In this document: piece by piece, positions 39,947 to 50,216 of the stretch
Layout: the number at the start of each line of letters is the position of its first letter
Numbering within the stretch: the stretch's first letter is position 1
From: an uncultured Candidatus Bathyarchaeia archaeon
GTDB taxonomy: Archaea > Thermoproteota > Bathyarchaeia > RBG-16-48-13 > JAGMEO01
Assembly: GCA_964551465.1 (NCBI GenBank)
Contig: CAZKBR010000001.1
Coordinates: 11,768 to 75,767 of the forward strand
DNA: 64,000 nucleotides
Direction of reading: 5' to 3'
Translations under genes and position numbers: made by a program
The notes under the pieces: model-generated
What the model was told of the DNA's origin: nothing
The model's input: only the letters and a program-made list of their open reading frames with translations
The model's database searches: none

Positions 39947-41299
39947 TTGGTAGTTATGGGTGAGTTCCCAAAGATTGCTATTTCCCCTCCTGGCCCAAAG
40001 GCTAAGGAAGTTCTCAGGCGTGATAGAACTCTAATTTCATCTTCTTTTACGCGGGTCTATCCCCTCGTAGTGGAGAGCGGGAGGGGATGCATTATCAGAG
40101 ATGTTGACGGAAACCAGTATATTGACTTTAACTCTGGAATAGGTGTAATGAACGTTGGGCATTGCCATCCCAGAGTGATTGATGCCATAAAGAAGCAGGC
40201 TGAAAAGCTGCTCCACTATTCTTACACAGACTTCTATTATGAGGTCGTGGTTGACCTTGCTAGAGTACTTAGCGAAATAACTCCAGGAAACTTTGAAAAG
40301 AAGTTCTTCTTCAGCAACAGTGGAGCAGAATCTATAGAGGCAGGGGTTAAGGTTGCAAAGTGGCATACGCGCAAACACCAGTTCTTGGCTTTCATTGGAG
40401 CCTTCCACGGAAGAACGATGGGTTCGTTGAGCTTTACCGCAAGTAAACCTAGTCACAGGAGACGCTTCTTCCCGCTCTTGCCAGGGGTCACTCACGTACC
40501 TTTTCCGTACTGCTACAGATGCCCCTTCAGGCAGACGTATCCTGAGTGTGAATATTGGTGTGTAGACTTCATCGAAGACTCTGTTCTTAAAAAGTATGTC
40601 CCTCCCGAGGAGGTATCGGCGATATTATTTGAGCCCATACAGGGGGAGGGAGGCTACATCGTTCCGCCACCCGGGTACTTCGGGCGTCTTAAGAAGCTAG
40701 CAGACAAGTACGACATTCTTCTGATAGACGATGAGGTTCAATCAGGCATGGGAAGGACAGGACGCTGGTTCGCGATCGAACATTGGGGTATAGAACCAGA
40801 TGTAGTCTGCATCGCTAAGGCCTTGGCCGCGGGGTTGCCTCTGGGCGCTACTGTTACCAAAGCGGATATCATGGACTGGGAGCCTGGCTCCCACGCCACC
40901 ACATTTGGTGGAAATCCTCTGTCATGTGCAGCTGCCCTTACCGTGATTAAGATCATAAAAGAAGAAAAGCTCCTTGAAAACGCAACTAAGCAGGGCAGTT
41001 ACGTCTTAGAAAGATTGAGAGAGATGCAGAAAAAGCATCCTTTGATCGGAGATGTGCGTGGAAAGGGATTGATGATAGGTATGGAAATCGTTAACGGTAA
41101 AGGTGGAAAAGAGCATGGTGTGAAAGAAACTCAAGAAATCTTGGTCAGGAGCTTCAAGAAGGGAGTGGCCCTTTTATCCTGCGGTTCCTCCACCGTCCGG
41201 ATTTTTCCACCTCTATCGATTACCCGAGACCTCATAGACAATGGGTTAGAGATAGTTGAGGAAGCAATCAAGGAAGTTGAAAAGGAAGAGCCTATTTAG
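39947..41299 (+). CDS. Class-III pyridoxal-phosphate aminotransferase (acetylornithine/4-aminobutyrate aminotransferase family)
   Basis: 450 aa. PLP-binding Lys region DVVCIAKALAAG. Motifs GAFHGRT and LLIDDEVQSGMGRTG. Confidence 0.8.
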   Translation: MVVMGEFPKIAISPPGPKAKEVLRRDRTLISSSFTRVYPLVVESGRGCIIRDVDGNQYIDFNSGIGVMNVGHCHPRVIDAIKKQAEKLLHYSYTDFYYEVVVDLARVLSEITPGNFEKKFFFSNSGAESIEAGVKVAKWHTRKHQFLAFIGAFHGRTMGSLSFTASKPSHRRRFFPLLPGVTHVPFPYCYRCPFRQTYPECEYWCVDFIEDSVLKKYVPPEEVSAILFEPIQGEGGYIVPPPGYFGRLKKLADKYDILLIDDEVQSGMGRTGRWFAIEHWGIEPDVVCIAKALAAGLPLGATVTKADIMDWEPGSHATTFGGNPLSCAAALTVIKIIKEEKLLENATKQGSYVLERLREMQKKHPLIGDVRGKGLMIGMEIVNGKGGKEHGVKETQEILVRSFKKGVALLSCGSSTVRIFPPLSITRDLIDNGLEIVEEAIKEVEKEEPI

Positions 41300-41673
41300 T
41301 CCCTATAATCTTCTCTTGCACGCCTGCTCGCAACAATCATAAAAACTAGGAAGACAACAACGAACAGGACTATTGTAAGAAACATCATTATGAAGAGCCA
41401 ATCGGGCTCTATCTCGAACGAGCTTCCAAAGATGGAAATAAGCGGGCCGAAGAGAACCATTATGAACCATGGTCTTCCAGTTTTCCACATCGTGTACGCT
41501 GCAACAAGATCCAGAATACCAAATATGATTCCCACGAAACAGAACATGTAACTTAGGAGGGACGTATTCGGTGTCATCACCACCACCACTCCATAAATAA
41601 TGCTCAGCAAGCCAAAAACAGTTACCCCGATAACTGCGGCGACAAGCCACAGAGGACCCTTCATTTCTCTCAT
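41296..41673 (-). CDS. Small membrane protein
   Basis: 125 aa, 4 TM helices. Overlaps neighbours by 4 nt on each side. Confidence 0.3.
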   Translation of the reverse strand: MREMKGPLWLVAAVIGVTVFGLLSIIYGVVVVMTPNTSLLSYMFCFVGIIFGILDLVAAYTMWKTGRPWFIMVLFGPLISIFGSSFEIEPDWLFIMMFLTIVLFVVVFLVFMIVASRRAREDYRD

Positions 41674-43274
41674 TTTTTACGCTGACCCTGTCTTTTAGAC
41701 TTCACGCCCGGCTTAGATAGAATCTTAACTCTAGTAGTAGCTCCAGAGGAAAGCTCTGGCGTTCCGTCCAAGCCTTCTTTTACATAAGCGGCTTCGACCC
41801 TTATCCTTGTTCCCTCCTGAAGGTCCCTAACGGTTTCAGCCAAGTCTCTCCAAAACGACATTTTAACTTGACCAGTTTCATCTTTTATTGAAAAAGACGC
41901 GACGTTAATTGACTGGCCTATTAACGTTGTTACGGATTTGACCGTGGGGCTTTCAGAAACCGTTCCCTCAACAGTCACGACTCCCATACCAAGTATAAGT
42001 TGGTTAATCGGCGTTTTCTCCTCTTTGACCTGGAGTAAGAGGGCTTTCTCTGGTATACTCGGGTTTACGGTCATTGTACCCCATTTCCCCAGATTTAGGC
42101 TGACACCCATAGCTCCCTCACGAGTGTATGCTCCTTCAATCAGAACCACATCTCCTACTGAAAGACCCCTCGCCGCCTCTGCCTGCCCGTTCCAAGCCAC
42201 GAGCCTAACTGAGCCGCTGCCGTCGTTCAGGATTACATCTATAACCTGACCCTTTTCACCTGAGGAGCGCTCAAACTCTCTGATTGGACCTACTTGCACA
42301 ACCTTTGATAGAACATCAACATCTGGCATGCCTGGCTTCAATTCGCTGATCTTCGTCGTCGAAATCAACGGAGCCCTGAGTTCAACTGGGACCTCAGGTG
42401 AGGCTCTGATTTCAGATTGCTCGCCAGCGTGAACCTCTATCCCTCCTCCTATGCCTCGCTTCACCCGTGCCGCCGTAACCCTTAGGAACCATCCTTTTTT
42501 TGCTTTCATAGCCTCATTAACCTTGTCACCCCAAAGAACAAGGCGCACTGTCCCGGTTTCATCAACTACTCTGACCTGCATGACCTGCCCTTCATCGCCG
42601 CTGGATCTTCTAAATGTGGTTATTGGTGAAAGCTTTGATAAGACACCAACAAGATTCACATACTTGTCTTCCTCGCTTAGCTCGCCGATTTTTTTGAAGA
42701 AGCTTTTCGCCTCTGGGTAGTTGCTGGGATCAACTGCGGGCGGAGAGACGATGACTCTTCCATTCTTGCCGACGTTAAGCTCTAGCTCGTTGTCTAATCC
42801 TCTGCGAGTGTATCCGTGCAAAAATCTTACAACCTGATTTGTGGATAGCTTGTTCTGAGAGACAGCAACCGTTCTCTCATCCCATAAGACGACGCGTATT
42901 AGCCCAGATTTGTCTGCGATGAAAAGACTGGAGACTTTGCCCTTGGACCCGTCTGACCGGGTGAAAGACCTGACTGGACGAACTGACAGAACCCGACCCG
43001 TAAGTGACACATTATCTAGGTTGGCAACTAGGTCTTTGATTATTATTCCAGTCTTAGGTTCTTCCACATCAGACAGCTTGATCCCAAGCTCCGTGGCTAC
43101 AATGTGTGCGGCTCCTTCATCAGTTAATAGCCCTCCGGTACCCTTCTTCTTACTCTGAATCATTCTCTCAACGTCTTCACGCGTAAGATCTGGGCGCGAT
43201 AAGAGAATCAGATCCAAGATTTCTCTGACCGACCACATTTCCTTGCTCAGTCCCAACCCTTTAGAAGACAACAC
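41670..43274 (-). CDS. rpa: Replication protein A-like ssDNA-binding protein with four tandem OB folds
   Basis: 534 aa. Four repeats of a 100-110 aa OB module (e.g. LTGRVLSVRPVRSFTRSDGSKGKVSSLFIADKSGLIRVVLWDE, repeated with variation). Confidence 0.7.
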   Translation of the reverse strand: MLSSKGLGLSKEMWSVREILDLILLSRPDLTREDVERMIQSKKKGTGGLLTDEGAAHIVATELGIKLSDVEEPKTGIIIKDLVANLDNVSLTGRVLSVRPVRSFTRSDGSKGKVSSLFIADKSGLIRVVLWDERTVAVSQNKLSTNQVVRFLHGYTRRGLDNELELNVGKNGRVIVSPPAVDPSNYPEAKSFFKKIGELSEEDKYVNLVGVLSKLSPITTFRRSSGDEGQVMQVRVVDETGTVRLVLWGDKVNEAMKAKKGWFLRVTAARVKRGIGGGIEVHAGEQSEIRASPEVPVELRAPLISTTKISELKPGMPDVDVLSKVVQVGPIREFERSSGEKGQVIDVILNDGSGSVRLVAWNGQAEAARGLSVGDVVLIEGAYTREGAMGVSLNLGKWGTMTVNPSIPEKALLLQVKEEKTPINQLILGMGVVTVEGTVSESPTVKSVTTLIGQSINVASFSIKDETGQVKMSFWRDLAETVRDLQEGTRIRVEAAYVKEGLDGTPELSSGATTRVKILSKPGVKSKRQGQRKK

Positions 43275-43319
43275 TTTTTAATATAAGCTGTGTTGTAAAA
43301 TAGTACTGAGTGGCTTAAA

Positions 43320-43658
43320 ATGGCGAAAAAGTTTCTCTCAAGGGAGAGGATGATCGGAAAACAAGTAATCGACTCCAAAGGAACGATTGTCGGAAACGTG
43401 AAAGATATATCCGTCAACTTGGAATCGAAGGAAATAGCCCTTTTAATAGCGGCAAGGACAGGTGCTGAGGTCGATGTCCCGAGCGACGATGTGCTTCAGG
43501 TCGGCGACGTGATACTTCTAGGCAAAGAGATCAAGCTGCCGCCACCCCCAGAGGGGGCTCCTCCTGTTTTGCCCGCAGTCCTTAAGTGTGCGAAATGTGG
43601 ACACCTAAATGCACCGGATTCAAGATTCTGCATCAAATGCGGCACAGAACTAAAGTAA
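43320..43658 (+). CDS. PRC-barrel domain protein with C-terminal zinc ribbon
   Basis: 112 aa. PRC-barrel-like N-terminus. CAKCGH...CIKCG at the C-terminus. Divergent from rpa. Confidence 0.4.
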   Translation: MAKKFLSRERMIGKQVIDSKGTIVGNVKDISVNLESKEIALLIAARTGAEVDVPSDDVLQVGDVILLGKEIKLPPPPEGAPPVLPAVLKCAKCGHLNAPDSRFCIKCGTELK

Positions 43659-43772
43659 ATCCATGTTCAATACTCTCTAAACATCAGGTCATTGTAAACA
43701 TTCTCAACACAGCACGCGACTGGAAGACGCATAAGCGAACTCAAATGAACTTCAGGGGTGGTAAGCTGTTTC

Positions 43773-46700
43773 CTACACGTACTCCATAAGCTTAACCTGC
43801 TTTGCTCTCCTTTCGAAGATGAGGTCTATCTCGTCCTGTATGAGGTCTATTCTTTGTTGAAAGTAGTCCCGGACTCCATACTTCTTGATCACTTGGTTGG
43901 ATAACTCCAAGTATTTTTCAATTCCTCCCCTATGAACAGTAAAAGTTATTTCTCCACCACAGTTCGGGCATTTCCCGGAAAGAGATACCCTTCTGATTTT
44001 CATGTTACATCTTTTGCATCGGAATTTTTGTCCTGTAAAAGCCCTCAGATTTCCTATTATATCTCGGATGAGGTGTGTTGTTAGGATTCTCTCAACTTCC
44101 TCTTTTACGTCTACCGCCCCAATTTTCTCTGCCAAGAGCAGTTGCGCCTGCACTTTATCTGTCATTGATCCTAGCACAACGTATACACTTTTGAGGTTGC
44201 CCATGCTCACATCAGTGGTGCCGTGAGTGTAACTGTATCCTTCAAACTGGGCCTTTGTTCCCAGTCTGTGAGCAACTGTGTCCACTAGATGATCAGCATC
44301 CTCGGGTTTAGCCTCCCTCAAAGAACTCTCGTAAAAATCAATTGGGTAGAAACTTGAAACGTCGATGTTACGCGCTTCGTCCACATCAAGTGGATTGACG
44401 GTAGAGATTATCAGTAGAGGAGCATCCATCATTCCACCTATTCGCGCTGGGAGATAAGCTTTTGAGAAGTTGAGGAGGACATCTAGAACAAGTATAATTG
44501 AGTCTTCGTCTCCATCACAGTCTCTTCTCTTTATGTTATGCCATAGCGGGTGTGCAAAACAAACATTCGCCTTTGTGAAGCCAATGACCCTTCCAACAAT
44601 TCCAGCAGCCGTATGAGGGGCTAGCCCAATAACCAGATGGCCAATAAGATCACTTTTTCCTTTCACATTGTAATATGGAGGTAATGCGTACATATTCTGA
44701 AGTAAGTCATCAATGAATTGTGTACCTTTTACCAGATATTCAGCACCACTCTCAGGAATCACGATGTCTTGAACCTTGAGTTCGCAAATCTGATCCTGCC
44801 TCTCAAGCGTTCTGCCGTCCAAATCGTGGACATAGCCCAACTGCCCAAGCCTTTCAACGGATACTCCTATTTCAGACGGTTTGAAATGTGTCAAAGGCGC
44901 ATTTGTGGCATCAAAGCGCACCGTGCCGTCTTTAAAAACGTAGACTTGGTGTTTCGCTCTCGCGATGCCTTTTTCCATGGGCTCTGGCATCCTAGTGCTG
45001 CTTACTAGTCCCTTCACCCCCTTTACAGGCCCGAGGAACTGACCACCAACTTTTTTGCTGGCCTCATCATAGATTTCTTTGATATCTATCTGCCGCCTCT
45101 CATAGTTGACGGCCAACGTACCGCAGACAGGACAGGTGCCCTTCTCGACGGTGCGTCCACACGTTGGACAAAAATCTTCTGGAGTCATTTCCACACCGCA
45201 TTTCGGACAAAAAGGGTTGAATGTAATAATTCCACACTTTGGACATTTTCTTCTCGCAATCTCGACTTGAATTACTTTCCTTTCTACGGCTTTCATAACA
45301 TCCCTTTGAGGACCACCAGCCAGACCCACTGGAAAGAGGACGTGAACAGGCGGCCGCATCAATCTCTTTTTTGCTTTTTCTGGCCTACCCATCCTTGCTC
45401 CTATGTATGTTCCGCCCTTCTCTTTCACCCTGATTCCAGAAAGGCTTTCGATTGTTTCTGTTATCGATCCGCTCGATTTGACTCTGAGTTTTGGTTTATC
45501 GATTTGAAGACACTCGGCAAGGGTTAGTGCTGCTTGTTCTATGATAATTTTTTGATCCGAGAGTCTGTGGGGCACGCAGATGGCTTCTAAAGTAGATTTT
45601 ACCCTGATGGACATAGGAACCTCTATTTTTTCTATAACCCCATCTCTTAGACCTCTTTCAGATTGGAGGAGAGCCTTCCTTAACTCCAATAAGTCTCTCA
45701 TGTTTATGTTCTCCCAAAAATATGTGAAGCAAGGGTGTAACGGCACACCGAATTTTTTAGAAATGACCAAGGATTCCTGTTCTGTTGGTTTCGATTCAAA
45801 TGGCTTTTCTAGAAATTGTTTGAGACGGGCGAGAGAGATCTTTGCCTCTTCGGCCGCAGCATCAACCGACCCCCCAAACTTTTCCGATGTTGCTTTTAAT
45901 AAGTCCTGCGCCCACCACTCCTCGCAGTAGCCTGGGGGAACCAGCGGTGTATTGTTTTCCAGAAACTCCCCAAAGCCTATGAGTAGGTCTCCTAGAAAGA
46001 GGATTTTCTCTATATGCGTTCGTATTCTTTTAGCCGCCAATAGAGACTCTACCCTGACAACGGATCCGTCTTCAAGCTTCACGACTGGGGGTTCAATTGA
46101 GTCGACGGGAACGACTATTCCCGCCTTTCCAGGCCCTTCAATTCGTATCTGAGTACCTATCGCAAGGAAGTCTTTCAAAACGGACATTGTGGCGGGATGG
46201 ATCCCAAGAGCTGCTAAACCAGTATTTCTTGCTCTGCCGTATCTAAGTCTGAAACCCCCTTTTCTTGATGGAAATGAGAATATAGGGCGTCCCGCGATTA
46301 TGTCCTCCATGTATAAGAACTCTTTTTTCCCCGTTTTCTCCTCCTTAACCCTTCTCACATCCTTTAACCAATCCCATCCATCTATCCCATTTTCCGTCAC
46401 TATTTTCCAAACCTTATGAGACCTACCTATAACTCCATCATTCATCACGCGGAGAGCCCCACCTCTAACACTGTTTGTCTCGATTCTTGGAAGATTTCTA
46501 AAAGACGAGACCTCAACTGGGTCTGTTGCTACTCCGGTTACCTCGACAGGAATGTTGCTTACGGCCCTCTCAAGCTCTTCATCAGATACGTGGTATTGAA
46601 AGCGGGAAACTTCTCTTTCGTAAATACGGGCCTCCTCAACAAACCGTTTAACTTCATCATAAGTTGGTTTGTACTTGTCTAAGCCAAGTCGACGGCGGAC

Positions 46701-47189
46701 AAAGTCGCCTATTACGAGCGTCAGAGCCTGCTCTGTTCCTCCAGCTGAGCGTATTGGACCGGCAAAGTAGATGGCGAGGTAGCGGCTGCGATCCATATTC
46801 TGCTTAATCGTGACCGCTGAAATGCCTTGGATGGGAGCTGCTGTTATGCCCCCTGTTAATATAGCTAAAGATGTTTTGACCGCTTGCTCAGCAGCCTGCT
46901 GTTCATCCAGATGTCCAAACCCTGCATGAACAATTTCTTCAGCTATCTTGAACGCGATTTTTTCACGGCTTATTTGTTTGTTCAAGTCACGAATCCTATC
47001 AGCGACGCCACGAGGCCCTACTAATCCTTCAACCGTTTCAGCAAAGTCTTTTACGACTTGAGGCTCTGGTTCAAGTGAAGGATCTAGACCTTTCGCTCTA
47101 GCTCCTCTGGCGACACCATAAAGAGTTTGCAGCCCTCTTTCTAAGTCTTGCAGGTATTGTCTGTATTCCTCCGTTGCAACTAACTGCAA
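43773..47189 (-). CDS. polC: DNA polymerase D (PolD) large catalytic subunit DP2
   Basis: 1138 aa. Multiple CxxC zinc clusters (CPKCG, CPKCG, CPTCG, CPVCG; C-terminal CKRC...CPNCG). Size and architecture unique to DP2. Confidence 0.85.
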   Translation of the reverse strand: MQLVATEEYRQYLQDLERGLQTLYGVARGARAKGLDPSLEPEPQVVKDFAETVEGLVGPRGVADRIRDLNKQISREKIAFKIAEEIVHAGFGHLDEQQAAEQAVKTSLAILTGGITAAPIQGISAVTIKQNMDRSRYLAIYFAGPIRSAGGTEQALTLVIGDFVRRRLGLDKYKPTYDEVKRFVEEARIYEREVSRFQYHVSDEELERAVSNIPVEVTGVATDPVEVSSFRNLPRIETNSVRGGALRVMNDGVIGRSHKVWKIVTENGIDGWDWLKDVRRVKEEKTGKKEFLYMEDIIAGRPIFSFPSRKGGFRLRYGRARNTGLAALGIHPATMSVLKDFLAIGTQIRIEGPGKAGIVVPVDSIEPPVVKLEDGSVVRVESLLAAKRIRTHIEKILFLGDLLIGFGEFLENNTPLVPPGYCEEWWAQDLLKATSEKFGGSVDAAAEEAKISLARLKQFLEKPFESKPTEQESLVISKKFGVPLHPCFTYFWENINMRDLLELRKALLQSERGLRDGVIEKIEVPMSIRVKSTLEAICVPHRLSDQKIIIEQAALTLAECLQIDKPKLRVKSSGSITETIESLSGIRVKEKGGTYIGARMGRPEKAKKRLMRPPVHVLFPVGLAGGPQRDVMKAVERKVIQVEIARRKCPKCGIITFNPFCPKCGVEMTPEDFCPTCGRTVEKGTCPVCGTLAVNYERRQIDIKEIYDEASKKVGGQFLGPVKGVKGLVSSTRMPEPMEKGIARAKHQVYVFKDGTVRFDATNAPLTHFKPSEIGVSVERLGQLGYVHDLDGRTLERQDQICELKVQDIVIPESGAEYLVKGTQFIDDLLQNMYALPPYYNVKGKSDLIGHLVIGLAPHTAAGIVGRVIGFTKANVCFAHPLWHNIKRRDCDGDEDSIILVLDVLLNFSKAYLPARIGGMMDAPLLIISTVNPLDVDEARNIDVSSFYPIDFYESSLREAKPEDADHLVDTVAHRLGTKAQFEGYSYTHGTTDVSMGNLKSVYVVLGSMTDKVQAQLLLAEKIGAVDVKEEVERILTTHLIRDIIGNLRAFTGQKFRCKRCNMKIRRVSLSGKCPNCGGEITFTVHRGGIEKYLELSNQVIKKYGVRDYFQQRIDLIQDEIDLIFERRAKQVKLMEYV

Positions 47190-47279
47190 AACTCTCCCCC
47201 ATACTTAGCGATCAGAAGTAAGAGTCGAAGCGGAATATTCTTTCATCTTATTAACAATTGCACCCATCTTTCGAGAAGA

Positions 47280-48047
47280 CTAGGTTATTACCCTTGCTTT
47301 TGAAGCAAGCCTTATGCTCTGCACCAACTCGTTAATCCTCTCTCTAGTTTTGGATACTACTTCAACCACCGTGCCTGTGACTACGGCGTCTGCACCCGCC
47401 TTCACAATTCTGCTTGCATCCTCGCCGGTTTTTATTCCTCCACCAACGATTAGTGGGATGTCAATAAGTTTTCTAACCTTTGATATCATCTCTGGTGGCA
47501 CAGGCTTCTCGGCCCCGGAGCCCGCTTCCAAATACACAAAACGCATCCCAAGGTACTGAGCAGCCAAGGCGTAAATGGCTGCAACATCAGGCATATTATA
47601 GGGTATCGGGTTTGCCTGACCTATTAAACCAGCGGTCCCACCTCCATCGACAATTATGTATCCCATGGGGATAGGCTCCAACCCGTACCGTTTGACGAGG
47701 GTGGCACCTAATGCTTGAGCCCCTACAATGAAGTATGGATCCCTGGAGTTCAGAAGAGACATAAACCATAAAGCATCTGCATGCGGGCATATACCGGTTA
47801 CATTGCCTGGAAAAAGTATTATTGGAATTTTGATGTTTTCGCCAACTTCTTTAACAACATTATCAAGTTCGGGGGAGGAGATTGCTGTAGATCCTCCGAC
47901 CATGATTGCGGTTGTTCCGGCCGCCTCAGCCTCCTTAGCGGTTTTAAAAGCAGCCTGTGGAGTAAACTTCTCCGGGTCCAAAAGCGTTAGGTGTATCGCC
48001 CCATCTCTGCTTATCCTATCGAGGAGGTATCTTTCTATTTTTTTCAT
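47280..48047 (-). CDS. Geranylgeranylglyceryl phosphate synthase (PcrB family)
   Basis: 255 aa TIM-barrel PcrB/GGGPS family with Gly-rich phosphate-binding loops. Confidence 0.75.
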   Translation of the reverse strand: MKKIERYLLDRISRDGAIHLTLLDPEKFTPQAAFKTAKEAEAAGTTAIMVGGSTAISSPELDNVVKEVGENIKIPIILFPGNVTGICPHADALWFMSLLNSRDPYFIVGAQALGATLVKRYGLEPIPMGYIIVDGGGTAGLIGQANPIPYNMPDVAAIYALAAQYLGMRFVYLEAGSGAEKPVPPEMISKVRKLIDIPLIVGGGIKTGEDASRIVKAGADAVVTGTVVEVVSKTRERINELVQSIRLASKARVIT

Positions 48048-48066
48048 TTCGCCACCACTTCAAACT

Positions 48067-48315
48067 CTATGCTGATCCCTTATAGAAGTGGTCCGTGAAT
48101 TTACAATATATGTCGACTGGTTCAGAATGTGGCGCAATCGTGAACTCTTCCTTTAGTCCACAATCACCACATTGAACCAAAGCCTTTGCTTTCTCCTTCA
48201 TCATTTCGATCCTAACGGACTTTTTCCCACACTTTGGGCATAAAAAGAATTTAGGCAGCGTTATCTTTATAGGCGCTACAACCCTTCTTCGACGCCTGCC
48301 CAAGTCCATCTCCAC
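48067..48315 (-). CDS. Transcription elongation factor Elf1-like zinc-finger protein
   Basis: 82 aa. Basic N-terminus RRRRRV. Zinc finger FLCPKCG...CGDCG. Confidence 0.5.
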   Translation of the reverse strand: MEMDLGRRRRRVVAPIKITLPKFFLCPKCGKKSVRIEMMKEKAKALVQCGDCGLKEEFTIAPHSEPVDIYCKFTDHFYKGSA

Positions 48316-49058
48316 ACTGATGTTTAAGCATCTGTAACCTTATTAGCCTTTCAGAAGTCTATTGGATGTTTTCTTGCGTTGACGAACATTTAAACGCCAA
48401 AGTGACCGCCACGTTGATAACGCCATAGTATCAAGCCGTTATTTTCATCTTTTGTTAGCAAGTACTTCTATTGATGGAATGGATTATTTGAAAAGCTAAA
48501 ATAGAAGATAAGGAGGGTTAAAGGAACAGATACAGGAATAGGAATATTTCTATTGCTCTTTTTTGGAATTCTTAAATCGCGCGTGCGAAAAATGAATTTT
48601 GTTTCGGAATTAATAATTCAATTTATCAATTTTATGTTTCGTTATATTTTTATCCGCCAATTAGAAAATTATTAAATTTATTTTGTTAAAAAAATCATTG
48701 CATTGGAGATTTATTTTCAAATTTAGGAGAGCTTTAGTTTACAAGGTCTATTTGGGCATTTTTTATTCCTCTTAAAAATGTAAGATAGAATAAAATGATA
48801 CGTTTAATTTTATGCCGGGGAAAAATGTTGGTTATGTTCTTTTTCTCATTTAAAGATGTTAAAAGAGTTCTTTTTATTGCGTGCTTTTGTAACTTTCAAG
48901 ACACACCCCAAATCACTGCGATTGAGCTCAGACAAGCTACTTTACGTCCTGATGACAGGAAAGTCCGATATGCTGGACGCAAGCTTATCGAATTTCTTCA
49001 GGATCTCTGATAGAGAGGGTGAGCGTCGCTCATCAGCCAACCTGAACAATGAGTTTAT

Positions 49059-49634
49059 ATGTTTTGGTGGGTTCTGTGTTATCTTGTATACAAAATTGTA
49101 TCCAAACAAGATTTAGTTGATGTGATATTTATGAAGATGAAAAATGAGGTTGAAAAATGGCTAAAAAAGACCCTAGAGGATCCTTTGATGAAAATATTGG
49201 CAGAGAGGAGCCATTTGACAAAAACACAGTTAGAAACGCTTCTAATCGATGTTTTAGTTGAGGAGATGGCTGGAAAGGATGTGAGGTATGAGCTAAAGTC
49301 GAAGATGCGGCCGACGCAGGGGGGAGTGAGCAGAGGGGCATTTAACAGGACCCTGAGTCAGGCCAGGAGGAACGTGATTCGCTCCATGTACACAATTTTT
49401 TTACTCGGATACGTTGGGATTTTGGAGACAACTCGGTTGAGTTCGTATCTTGAGATGTCGAATCGATTGGAGTCCTATATGGAAGCTTATCAAAAGCTAT
49501 GGAAAGATTCGGAAGAGGGCGTACCTGATGAAGAGTCGTTAATGCTCATCGCCAAGATGAGGGAAGAGTTGAAGTCTTCCCTAGAAGAGCTATCGCGACC
49601 GAAGGCCTTATCGAAAAAAGAGACCTCAGCGTAG
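49059..49634 (+). CDS. Hypothetical protein with putative HTH, embedded in an AT-rich island
   Basis: 191 aa. The more likely start is ATG 49131 (MKMKNEVEK...). GGVSRGAFNRTLSQARRNVIR resembles a sigma-region-4/HTH turn. Confidence 0.3.
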   Translation: MFWWVLCYLVYKIVSKQDLVDVIFMKMKNEVEKWLKKTLEDPLMKILAERSHLTKTQLETLLIDVLVEEMAGKDVRYELKSKMRPTQGGVSRGAFNRTLSQARRNVIRSMYTIFLLGYVGILETTRLSSYLEMSNRLESYMEAYQKLWKDSEEGVPDEESLMLIAKMREELKSSLEELSRPKALSKKETSA

Positions 49635-50216
49635 TTGCAAGATGCTTTCTTGACATAATTGACCATTCCAATGCTACAAAGAATGGTAGAAAACATAACA
49701 GGAATTTGCCCCATATCAGAAAAACGCATTTTTCTTTTTGCTTTAGATTAAAATTTCACTTTATTGATAGAAATTTCGTTACGAATAGTAATTAACCCGT
49801 CCTACATCTTTTAAAAGATTTTTATTAAATGAAATGGCATGCTCGTAAAGGCACTACACTGCAAGTTATCCCAAATATTTCTAAACAACTTCAACAAAAC
49901 AATCGGAAAAAGTTAATTAAATTTCAGTCATCATTAATTTCTTTTTGTTGTTTTGAATTTATTTGATCCAGCAATAAATTATTTTTTATCTGCTCATAGA
50001 AATAAGAATATTTGAAATTATTCTTATATTTCTCAGGAAATTCTCGAAATTGTGGTTCCACAAAAAGTAATTTAGATCATATTAGTTGATTTATTTTCCG
50101 ATCCCTATTTTGGAAATTAGGAACGATTTTTTGTTTATTTGCAAGAAAATAAATATTGAATACAGAATCTCGCGCGAGTTGAAATTTTAAATAGTGGCTT
50201 ATTTTAAGTTATACTC

